DNA of 32,000 nucleotides, taken from the NCBI RefSeq assembly GCF_000284115.1, contig NC_017080.1, positions 1,560,001-1,592,000 of the forward strand, in the 5' to 3' direction. This DNA comes from Phycisphaera mikurensis NBRC 102666 (lineage in GTDB: Bacteria; Planctomycetota; Phycisphaerae; Phycisphaerales; Phycisphaeraceae). A program made the translations under genes and the position numbers. A model generated the notes under the pieces. That model had not been told where the DNA came from. It saw nothing but the letters and a program-made list of their open reading frames with translations, and did not search any database. The first letter of the stretch is position 1; each line of letters begins with the position of its first letter. This document shows positions 1-7,609 of the stretch, piece by piece.

Positions 1-5
1 CCACG

Positions 6-1025
6 ATGCTCACCCGCCGCCGCCTGACCGCCACCCTTGCCCGCCTCGCCGCCGCCGCGACGATCGCCGGCTCCCTCGTCCTGCCCGTTGCCTCGGCTTC
101 CGCCCAGAACGAGCCGCTGAAGATCGGCTACAGCGACTGGCCCGGCTGGGTTGCCTGGGAGATCGGCATCCAGAAGGGCTGGTTCGAGGAGGCCGACGTC
201 GACGTCGACTTCCTTTGGTTCGACTACGTCGCCTCCATGGACGCCTACGTGGCCGGTCGGGTCGACGCCGTGGCCATGACCAACGGCGACGCGCTGGTCA
301 CCGGCGGCACGGGCAAGCCGTCGGTCACGATCCTCATCAACGACTACTCCAACGGCAACGACATGCTCGTCGTGAAGCCCGAGGTGAAGACGGTCGCCGG
401 CCTGAAGGGCAAGAAGATCGGCGCCGAGCTGGGCTTCGTCGGGCACCTGCTCGCGATCACCGGGCTGGAGATGGCCGGCCTCAGCGCCGACGACGTCGAG
501 TTCGTCGACACGCCCACCGACCAGACCGCCTCCGTGCTCGCCAACGGCGACGTTTCCGCCATCGCCGCCTGGCAGCCGAACTCCGGCGAAGCGTTGAAGG
601 CCGTCGAGGGCGCCCGCGCGCTGTTCACCTCGGCCGATGCGCCCGGCATCATCTACGACGTCCTCGCCGTGTCGCCCGAGAGCCTGGAGTCCCGCCGCGA
701 CGACTGGATGAAGGTCATCGGCGTGTGGTACCGCATCGTCGAGTACCTCAAGGACGAGGACAACATGGACGACGCGCTCGCCATTCTCGCCGCCCGCGTA
801 AACGTGACGCCCCGCGAGTACGAGCCCTTCTTCGAGGGCACGTACATCCTGACGCTGGACGAGGCGATGGAGCGCTGGGAAGAGGGCGACGGCCTCGGCT
901 CGATCTACGGGTCCACCGCGTACGTCAACGCCTTCAACGTGGAGCAGGGCGTGTACGACAAGCCGCTGGACGTGTCGGCGTACCTGGATCCGTCGCTGAT
1001 GGAGGCGTTCGCGGAGATGGATTGA
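6..1025 (+). CDS. ABC transporter substrate-binding protein, NitT/TauT (SsuA/THI5-like) family; candidate guanidine-binding component
   Basis: 339 aa ORF with N-terminal signal peptide ([23 protein letters not shown]), then [37 protein letters not shown], typical of NMT1/SsuA-like binding proteins; followed by permease and ATPase genes. Substrate assignment is from context only. Confidence 0.85.
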   Translation: MLTRRRLTATLARLAAAATIAGSLVLPVASASAQNEPLKIGYSDWPGWVAWEIGIQKGWFEEADVDVDFLWFDYVASMDAYVAGRVDAVAMTNGDALVTGGTGKPSVTILINDYSNGNDMLVVKPEVKTVAGLKGKKIGAELGFVGHLLAITGLEMAGLSADDVEFVDTPTDQTASVLANGDVSAIAAWQPNSGEALKAVEGARALFTSADAPGIIYDVLAVSPESLESRRDDWMKVIGVWYRIVEYLKDEDNMDDALAILAARVNVTPREYEPFFEGTYILTLDEAMERWEEGDGLGSIYGSTAYVNAFNVEQGVYDKPLDVSAYLDPSLMEAFAEMD

Positions 1026-1059
1026 GCTTCCGATGCCGCTCGCGGACCGAAGACGGGTT

Positions 1060-1092
1060 CAGCCACCTTTTCCGAGGCGGAAAAGGTGGCTG
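1060..1092 (+). promoter_or_regulatory. Perfect 14-bp inverted repeat (stem-loop) between substrate-binding protein and permease genes
   Basis: CAGCCACCTTTTCC (1060-1073) / loop GAGGC / GGAAAAGGTGGCTG (1079-1092); no T-tract follows. Confidence 0.85.
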
Positions 1093-1104
1093 GCCCCATG
1101 AGGA

Positions 1105-2535
1105 TTGACGGACGATGGGTTTCTCGACATGGCCGCACCCCCTTCTCGATCTCCGTGGTTCGCGATCCGGCGGGAGGTGCCGACGCATCGCAGCGGGCTG
1201 CTGATGGCGGCTTCGTTCGCGGTGCCGGTGCTCATCTGGTGCGTGCTCGCGTACGTGCCCCTCTTCCACGCCGACTACCGGCTGACGGTGGTGGCCGAGC
1301 GACAGGCGGCGAACACGGCGACGCTGACCGTGGGCGACCGCGTGGAGAAGGGCTACTTCCAGGACTACCTCGACGAGGTGGCGGCGATGAACGAGCAGAT
1401 CCGGGCCCGCGTGGCCGCGGGCGATCTTGACGCCTCGACGCGGTCCAACACGAGGATCCTCCGGGCGCTGCGGCCGGTGGCGGAGTCCAACGGCCTGCTC
1501 GCGGGTGTCGACACGGGCGACAGCGGCGTGGTCGACGCGAAGCTCTACGAGCTCTGGCTCGCGGCCGCGGATGGCGAGCGACCCGAGCTGATGGCGGCGC
1601 TGTCGGAGGAGAACCAGGCGGTGGTCCGCGGCAACGCCGAGGTCCTGCGGCGGTTCCCGCCGGAGGATCGCCAGAGCAAGCCGAAGGTGCGGGAGCCGCT
1701 GCTGAACCTGCTGCCGCAGGGTGTCTCCGCCTCGCCGGTGTACCTGCCGTCGCCCGGCGAGTGCATCCGAGCCTTCGTCGACGACTTCACCACCGAGCCG
1801 CCCAACGGCCAGCCGTGGATGCACGAGCGGCTGCTGTCGTCGCTGAAGGTCGTGTTCGGCGGCTTCGGGATGGCCGTGCTGATCGGGCTGCCGCTGGGGA
1901 TTCTGTGCGGCTGCTACGGCGTCTTCGCGCGGCTGTTCGAGCCCTTCACCGACTTCTTCCGCTACATGCCGGCCCCGACCTTCAGCCTGCTGCTGGTCGC
2001 CGCCTTCGGCGTGGAGGGGGCGCCGAAGCTGGCGCTGGTCTTCATCGGCACCTTCCCGCACCTGCTGCTGATGACCGGCAACACCACGCGGACGCTCGAC
2101 GCGAACCTGCTCGAAGCGGCGCAGACCCTCGGCTGCAAGCGCACCGGCCTGCTGACCCGCGTGGTGATCCCCGGGACGATGCCGCACCTCTACAACGACC
2201 TCCGCGTCCTGCTCGGCTGGGCCTGGACGTGGCTGGTCATCGCGGAGCTGATCGGCACCAAGTCCGGCCTCACCGGCTTCATCGACGTGCAAGGCGCCCG
2301 CCGCAACTTCGACCGGGTGTTCCCGGTGATCATCATGATCGGCCTCATCGGCTTCACCACGGACCAGCTGCTGCAGTTCGCGGCCCGTCGCCTCTTCCCC
2401 TGGGCGAACCCCGGCCGCGGGCGTTCGGGGTGGTGGAAGCGGCTGCGGGGCTTGTCCGCCCGCCGCCGCGACGCCGGCGTACCGACCAGCGACGAGCCGA
2501 CGCTCGATCCGGGCAAAGCGGCGGTGCTCGCGTGA
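1105..2535 (+). CDS. ABC transporter permease, NitT/TauT family (BPD_transp_1)
   Basis: 476 aa; TM-rich C-terminal half with GLPLGILCGCYG, AAQTLGCKRTGLLTRVVIPGTMPHLYNDLRVLLGWAWTWLVIAELIG (EAA-like loop). Start is TTG 1105 or ATG 1129. Confidence 0.88.
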   Translation: MTDDGFLDMAAPPSRSPWFAIRREVPTHRSGLLMAASFAVPVLIWCVLAYVPLFHADYRLTVVAERQAANTATLTVGDRVEKGYFQDYLDEVAAMNEQIRARVAAGDLDASTRSNTRILRALRPVAESNGLLAGVDTGDSGVVDAKLYELWLAAADGERPELMAALSEENQAVVRGNAEVLRRFPPEDRQSKPKVREPLLNLLPQGVSASPVYLPSPGECIRAFVDDFTTEPPNGQPWMHERLLSSLKVVFGGFGMAVLIGLPLGILCGCYGVFARLFEPFTDFFRYMPAPTFSLLLVAAFGVEGAPKLALVFIGTFPHLLLMTGNTTRTLDANLLEAAQTLGCKRTGLLTRVVIPGTMPHLYNDLRVLLGWAWTWLVIAELIGTKSGLTGFIDVQGARRNFDRVFPVIIMIGLIGFTTDQLLQFAARRLFPWANPGRGRSGWWKRLRGLSARRRDAGVPTSDEPTLDPGKAAVLA

Positions 2536-3416
2536 GCGTCGCCCATCCGCCCGAGGTCGCCGCCCGCTTCGGCCGCATCCGGCAGCGGCCGGTCGTTCTG
2601 GAGGTCGAACAGCTCGGCAAGAGCTTCGTCTCGCCCGGGGGCGAGACGGTCCGCGTGTTCGACGGGGTCGACCTGTCCATCCGTCGGCGCGAGTTCATCA
2701 CGGTGGTGGGACCGTCCGGCTGCGGGAAGAGCACCTTCATCCGCATGGTCGCGGGGCTGGAGACCGCGACCTCCGGCCGCATCCTGCTCGACGGCGAGGC
2801 GGTCGTCGGCCCCGGCGCGGACCGCGGGATGGTCTTCCAGGCGTACACGCTCTTCCCCTGGCTGAGCGTGAAGAGAAACGTCATGTTCGGCTTGCTCCAG
2901 GCCGGTCGCAGCGAGGCCTCCGCGTCGAGCGAGGCGTGCGTCTGGCTGGAGATGGTCGGGCTGAAAGGCTTCGAAAATCACCACCCGGCCCAGCTGTCCG
3001 GCGGCATGAAGCAGCGCGTCGCCATCGCCCGGGCGCTGGCCAACAAGCCGCGGATCCTGCTGATGGACGAGCCCTTCGGTGCGCTGGACGCTCAGACGCG
3101 GGCGGAGATGCAGGACTACCTGCTGCAGATCTACCGCAACGTCGACGCGACGATCCTCTTCATCACCCACGACCTCGACGAGGCGGTTTACCTCGCCGAC
3201 CGCGTCGTCGTCATGGGGCGCAAGCCCGGCCGCGTCATCGAGACGGTGGACGTGCCCCTGCTCCGCCCCCGCGACCCGCAGATGGCCTTCACCGACGACT
3301 TCCTGGCCACCAAGCGCCACATCGAGCACCTCATCCACCCGCCCGAGCCGGCGGGTACGGAGAAGAGAAAGGCGCCGATCACGCGGATGACGGTGGTCGG
3401 CGACGAGGTGTATTGA
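2532..3416 (+). CDS. ABC transporter ATP-binding protein, NitT/TauT (SsuB/TauB-like) family
   Basis: GTG start overlapping the permease stop (GTGA); Walker [10 protein letters not shown], signature [15 protein letters not shown], Walker [28 protein letters not shown]. Confidence 0.93.
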   Translation: MSVAHPPEVAARFGRIRQRPVVLEVEQLGKSFVSPGGETVRVFDGVDLSIRRREFITVVGPSGCGKSTFIRMVAGLETATSGRILLDGEAVVGPGADRGMVFQAYTLFPWLSVKRNVMFGLLQAGRSEASASSEACVWLEMVGLKGFENHHPAQLSGGMKQRVAIARALANKPRILLMDEPFGALDAQTRAEMQDYLLQIYRNVDATILFITHDLDEAVYLADRVVVMGRKPGRVIETVDVPLLRPRDPQMAFTDDFLATKRHIEHLIHPPEPAGTEKRKAPITRMTVVGDEVY

Positions 3417-3459
3417 TGCGCCCTCCGGTGCCGCCGGTGGCTGTGCCTGTTGACGAAAG

Positions 3460-4206
3460 TTGCCCGCGTCCGCAAGGTTCTCCGAAAGCGTCCCCCATGA
3501 CACGTGCAGCCCCTCGCGCCGGCGGGCTCTGCCCGCCGAAGCCGTAGCCCGTCCGCACCTCAACTCGCGAAGCGAAATCCCCCGAGCCACCGCCACCGAA
3601 GCCGCCCGGACCCGCGAGGAGGTCATGTCGACCGCGCTGGCCATCTTCGCGCGTCGGGGCTACGCCGCGACGCGGCTCGCCGACGTCGCCGACGCGATGG
3701 GGGTGACGCGCGGGGCGATCTACGGGCACTTCGCCAGCAAGCAGGAGCTGTTCCTGGCGGTGGTGCGGAAGAGCCAGGACCCGATCTACGCGCTGCTCGC
3801 CGAGGTGGAGCGAGAGGCCGCCGCGGGCGTATCTCCGCGGGCTTCCCTCCGCGGGATGATGCTGGGCTGGTGCCGGCTCCTGCGGGAGGACCCGCAGCAC
3901 CGGGCCGGATTCGAGCTGGTCATGACCAAGACGACGTTCGTCGACGAGCTCGAGGAGCTCTACGAGCGGGAGAAGCAGCTGACCCGCGACGTCATCCGCA
4001 CGGTGACCCGGACCGTGGAGCGGGGGCAAGCGGTCGGCGAGTTCCCCGCCGGGCTCAACCCGCGGGACGCGGGGCTCACGGTCTACCTGCACCTGATGGG
4101 GCTGACGCAGGCGTGGCTCTTCAACCCCGCGCTCTTCTCGCTCGCCCGCCGGGCGGAGACCCTCGCCGACGCCACGCTGGGCGGCCTGGGCGTCCAGACC
4201 GCGTGA
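3460..4206 (+). CDS. TetR/AcrR-family transcriptional regulator
   Basis: TREEVMSTALAIFARRGYAATRLADVADAMGVTRGAIYGHFASKQELFLAVVRKSQ is a classic TetR HTH; C-terminal region resembles MAATS-type (AcrR/TtgR) ligand domains. The start is uncertain and likely internal to the ORF. Confidence 0.85.
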   Translation: MPASARFSESVPHDTCSPSRRRALPAEAVARPHLNSRSEIPRATATEAARTREEVMSTALAIFARRGYAATRLADVADAMGVTRGAIYGHFASKQELFLAVVRKSQDPIYALLAEVEREAAAGVSPRASLRGMMLGWCRLLREDPQHRAGFELVMTKTTFVDELEELYEREKQLTRDVIRTVTRTVERGQAVGEFPAGLNPRDAGLTVYLHLMGLTQAWLFNPALFSLARRAETLADATLGGLGVQTA

Positions 4207-4244
4207 CCCGCTAAGATTCACCAGCGCATCCAAACCGGACGACC

Positions 4245-5423
4245 ATGAACGACTCTCACCACACGCCGCCCGCTTCCGAGCCCCTCGATCCCAAGCAGAT
4301 GAAGGGCTACCTCGCGGCACTCAAGGAGGAGTCGATTCCCAACAAGACGTACCTGGAGGAGATGAAGCGGCAGGTCGAGATCGGCCTGCCCGGGGCGGAT
4401 TCCATCGGCGACAAGACGATCAGCACCTTCTCGCGGGGCGAGCTGCCGCACTACGCCGGCATCAACACGCTGCTGAAGCTGAAGTACCTCGAAGACGTCC
4501 GCGAGGTCGGGAACTACGACGTCGCCTTCCTGGGCATCCCCTTCGACATCGGCACCACCTACCGCTCGGGCACGCGCTTCGGGCCGCAGGCGATGCGCCG
4601 GATCTCCGCTCTCTACACCAGCTACTTCTACGAGCTCGGCGTGGACCTGGTGGAGAACGTGAGAATGTGCGACCTGGGCGACGTCTTCACGATCGGCAAC
4701 ATCGAGAAGAGCTTCGACCAGGTCTCCCGCGCGGTCAGCCACGTCTACAGCTCCGGCTGCTTCCCCTTTCTCATGGGCGGCGACCACTCGCTGGGCTATC
4801 CGAACGTGCGCGGCATCGCGCCGCACGTCGACGGCGACATCGGGATCATCCACATCGACCGTCACATCGACATCCAGGAGAAGGACATGGACGAGCGGAT
4901 GCACACGTGCCCGTGGTTCCACGCGACCAACATCCCCAACGCCCCGGCGAAGAACCTGGTGCAGGTGGGCATCGGCGGCTGGCAGGTGCCGCGGCCGGGC
5001 GTGAAGATCGCCCGCGAGCGCGGCACGAACATCATCTCCATGGACGACGTGGACGACCACGGCATCGACAAGGTCGCCGAGATGGCGCTGGAGATGGCGT
5101 GGAAGGGCAACGTGAAGGCGGTCTACCTCTCCTTCGACATCGACAGCGTCGACTGCGGCTTCGTGCCGGGCACCGGCTGGCCCGAGCCCGGCGGCTTCCT
5201 GCCGCGCGAGGTGCTCAAGCTGCTCAAGCTCGTGGCGAGGGAGGGCATCTGCGCGATGGAGGTCGTCGAGGTCTCACCCGCGTACGACACCTCCGACATC
5301 ACCGCGCTCCTGGGCGTCCGGGCGATGCTCGACGTGCTGGCGACGATGGTGGACGAGGGGATCCTGCCCCGGAAGGAGAAGGCCGTCTCGGACGCGGGCA
5401 TCGACGGGTGGAAGGGGACGTGA
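4245..5423 (+). CDS. gdmH: Ureohydrolase (arginase/agmatinase) superfamily protein, probable Ni-dependent guanidine hydrolase
   Basis: 392 aa; metal-site motifs GGDHS, HIDRHID, SFDIDSVD, plus MHTCPWFHATNIPNAPAKNLVQVGIGGWQVPR and FVPGTGWPEPGG, which I recall as characteristic of Sll1077-type guanidine hydrolases; followed immediately by HypA-like and HypB-like genes. Confidence 0.85.
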   Translation: MNDSHHTPPASEPLDPKQMKGYLAALKEESIPNKTYLEEMKRQVEIGLPGADSIGDKTISTFSRGELPHYAGINTLLKLKYLEDVREVGNYDVAFLGIPFDIGTTYRSGTRFGPQAMRRISALYTSYFYELGVDLVENVRMCDLGDVFTIGNIEKSFDQVSRAVSHVYSSGCFPFLMGGDHSLGYPNVRGIAPHVDGDIGIIHIDRHIDIQEKDMDERMHTCPWFHATNIPNAPAKNLVQVGIGGWQVPRPGVKIARERGTNIISMDDVDDHGIDKVAEMALEMAWKGNVKAVYLSFDIDSVDCGFVPGTGWPEPGGFLPREVLKLLKLVAREGICAMEVVEVSPAYDTSDITALLGVRAMLDVLATMVDEGILPRKEKAVSDAGIDGWKGT

Positions 5424-5498
5424 TGTTCGCAAGCCGTCCGAGCACCGCTTCGCGGGCCACGACGGGCACGCAGGCACGAAGACACGAAGGGGGATCGG

Positions 5499-5897
5499 GT
5501 GCATGAGCTCTCGGTCGCGATCTCCATCGTCGACAGCCTGAAGGACGTGCTGGAGGAAGAGGACGGAGGAAAGGTCTCGTCCGTCTCCGTGGCGGTGGGC
5601 GCGCACGCCGGCGTGGTGATCGAGGCGTTGCGTTACGCGTGGGGGCCCGCCACCTGCGGCACGCCCCTGGAGGGCTCGGTGCTGGACGTCGAAGCGGTGC
5701 CGGCCACCGTCTGGTGCGGCAGGTGTGCGTCGGAGTCCGTCCTCCCCGGGGTCCGCCTCTCCTGTCCCGCGTGCGGTGCCGCCACGCCCGTGCTCCTTTC
5801 CGGCAAAGAGCTCGACCTCCTTTCGTTCGAGCTCGAGCGGGATCTTCCCCCCGCCGAGCCCCCCCTCCGTGCCTTCGTGCCTTCGCGTCCTTCGTGA
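5499..5897 (+). CDS. HypA/HybF-family nickel metallochaperone, probably dedicated to the guanidine hydrolase (GhaA-like)
   Basis: GTG start giving MHELSVAISIVDSL (HypA N-terminus with the Ni-binding MHE) and a zinc site WCGRC...LSCPACG. Confidence 0.88.
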   Translation: MHELSVAISIVDSLKDVLEEEDGGKVSSVSVAVGAHAGVVIEALRYAWGPATCGTPLEGSVLDVEAVPATVWCGRCASESVLPGVRLSCPACGAATPVLLSGKELDLLSFELERDLPPAEPPLRAFVPSRPS

Positions 5898-5926
5898 ACG
5901 AGCGGAGCGCTGCCCCCGACCCGCCC

Positions 5927-6595
5927 ATGGCCGCAAACACCACCCGCCTCGTCGAAGTCCGAACGAAGATCCTCAAGAAGAACGACGAGCACGCGCGGGC
6001 GCTGCGGGCGCGTTTCCAGGAGGCCGGGGTCCGCGTGGTCTCGTGGGTGTCGTCGCCGGGCTCCGGGAAAACCGAGCTGCTCAAGCGGCTGCTGCTGCAC
6101 CTCAAGCAGACGCGGCCGGGGCTGAAGGTCGCCACGCTGGTCGGCGACCTCGCCACCGACAACGACGCCGACCGCCTCGCCGCCGCCGGGTACCCCGTCG
6201 CCCAGATCCTCACCGGCACCATGTGCCACCTCGAGGCCGACATGACCGCGGGGGCCATCGAGAAGGCCGGCTGGGACCTCGAGGAGATCGACCTCCTGCT
6301 TGTCGAGAACGTCGGCAACCTGGTCTGCCCCGCCACCTACGACCTCGGCGAGGCGCTGCGGGTCGTGGCGCTCTCCACGACCGAGGGCGAGGACAAGCCG
6401 CTGAAGTACCCGACCATCTTCAACACCGCCGACCTGGCGGTCGTCACCAAGATGGACCTGGCGGAGGTACTCGGCTTCGACGAAGCCGCCTGCCGCGCGA
6501 ACATCGACGCCGTGCGACCGGGGATGCCGGTTCTCGGCGTCTCGGCGAGGAGCGGCGAAGGCCTCGCTGAGCTGGCCGCGGCGGTCTTGGGCTGA
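5927..6595 (+). CDS. HypB-family GTPase nickel chaperone, probably dedicated to the guanidine hydrolase (GhaB-like)
   Basis: WVSSPGSGKTELL (P-loop), VGDLATDNDADRL, GTMCHLEADM, LLLVENVGNLVCPATYDLGE, KYPTIFNTADLAVVTKMDL. ATG at 5927 in frame with the longer listed ORF. Confidence 0.88.
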   Translation: MAANTTRLVEVRTKILKKNDEHARALRARFQEAGVRVVSWVSSPGSGKTELLKRLLLHLKQTRPGLKVATLVGDLATDNDADRLAAAGYPVAQILTGTMCHLEADMTAGAIEKAGWDLEEIDLLLVENVGNLVCPATYDLGEALRVVALSTTEGEDKPLKYPTIFNTADLAVVTKMDLAEVLGFDEAACRANIDAVRPGMPVLGVSARSGEGLAELAAAVLG

Positions 6596-6649
6596 ATCCG
6601 CGGACCGCGGTCCTCCGGGGCCGGATCCCGCGACGATCCGCGGATTCAG
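6592..6649. terminator. Putative bidirectional terminator or convergent-end stem-loop
   Basis: Perfect 13-bp inverted repeat CTGAATCCGCGGA (6592-6604) / TCCGCGGATTCAG (6637-6649); it contains the stop codons of both convergent genes. Confidence 0.5.
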
Positions 6650-7578
6650 TCGCTCGGGCCGTGCACGGGCAGGCCGGCCTCGGCCCAGCCCGCGTAGCCG
6701 CCGGTGAGGACGCGGACCGGCGAGAAGCCCAGCGACTCCAGCACCGCCTGCGCCAGCGCGGCGTGCGTGCCGATCGCGTCGTACACGATCAGCGGCCCGC
6801 CGGCGGCCGGGTCGAGGCCGGCCTCCCGCGCCATCCGCTCCCGATCGGGGCCCGGCTTGAGCCGCGGGTCGGAGACGCTCAAGAGGAAGTCCTGCCAGGG
6901 GAGGTTGCGGGCGCCGGGGATGTGGCCGCCGCGCTGGGTGCCGTGCCCCGAGCGTTCGCCCCGGAAGAGGCGTCCGCTGCGGGAATCGACGAGGCGTCCG
7001 AGGGCGGCCGCCTCGGCGGCTTCCTCCCGTGTCGCCTCGACGGGGCGGACGACGCCGACCGGCCAGCTCGTCGGCGTCCGCACCGGCGGCGGATCGGTGG
7101 ACAGCGGGTGGCCGGCCGCCACCCAGCCGCGGGTGTGGCCGTCGAGCAGCCGCGCCCGCACGCCGGCGCGGCGGAGGGCCAGCCGCAGGGGCGCCGGGAA
7201 GACGCCGCCGGCGTCGCCGACGAGCACGACGTCGTCCCCGGGCCGCAGCCCGAGGCGGCCGAACAGCTCGGCGGCTGCCTCGGACCCGACCAGCCCGTTG
7301 GTGCGGCCGGGCCGGTCCACCATCGCCTCGTCGTGCTCGACGAAGAACGCCCCGGGCACGTGCCCGCGCTCGTAGCCGCGGCGGCCGTGCCCGACGTGCA
7401 GCAGCACGAGCGCGGGATCGTCCGCGGCGAGCCGCTCCGCCACCTCCGCGATGGACGCGAAAGCCCCGCCGGAGGCCTCCGCGGCGCGGAGGCCCGGCGG
7501 GGCGGCCGGCGTCGCCTCCGCCCGGGCGATGCCGAGAGCCGGGAGCAGCGCGAGGACGAGAAAGAGCGGTCGGATCAT
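6646..7578 (-). CDS. Exported two-domain rhodanese-like protein lacking catalytic cysteine
   Basis: MIRPLFLVLALLPALGIARA signal-like N-terminus; two rhodanese-like modules (GYERGHVPGAFFVE...; GGHIPGARNLPWQDF...VLTGGYAGWAEAGLPV). The active-site position reads VYDAIGTHA, and there is no Cys in the 310 aa. Confidence 0.75.
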   Translation of the reverse strand: MIRPLFLVLALLPALGIARAEATPAAPPGLRAAEASGGAFASIAEVAERLAADDPALVLLHVGHGRRGYERGHVPGAFFVEHDEAMVDRPGRTNGLVGSEAAAELFGRLGLRPGDDVVLVGDAGGVFPAPLRLALRRAGVRARLLDGHTRGWVAAGHPLSTDPPPVRTPTSWPVGVVRPVEATREEAAEAAALGRLVDSRSGRLFRGERSGHGTQRGGHIPGARNLPWQDFLLSVSDPRLKPGPDRERMAREAGLDPAAGGPLIVYDAIGTHAALAQAVLESLGFSPVRVLTGGYAGWAEAGLPVHGPSD

Positions 7579-7609
7579 CGGTCGATCGGCTCCGCGGCGG
7601 TTCCGCGGC

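Noticed and set aside
3520-3538. Short perfect hairpin CGGCGGGC-TCT-GCCCGCCG before the TetR HTH
   Set aside because: Only 8 bp, all GC, in a GC-rich background, possibly inside the TetR ORF; such hairpins are expected by chance and lack a T-tract.
4245-5423. Simple agmatinase annotation
   Set aside because: Fold family is right, but DRHID, MHTCPWFHATN, GTGWPEPGG and the HypA/HypB neighbours point to guanidine hydrolase; no arginine decarboxylase or polyamine genes are nearby.
5499-6595. Hydrogenase maturation operon
   Set aside because: HypA-like and HypB-like genes are present, but no HypC-F or hydrogenase subunits; adjacency to the arginase-fold enzyme fits dedicated Ni delivery to GdmH better.
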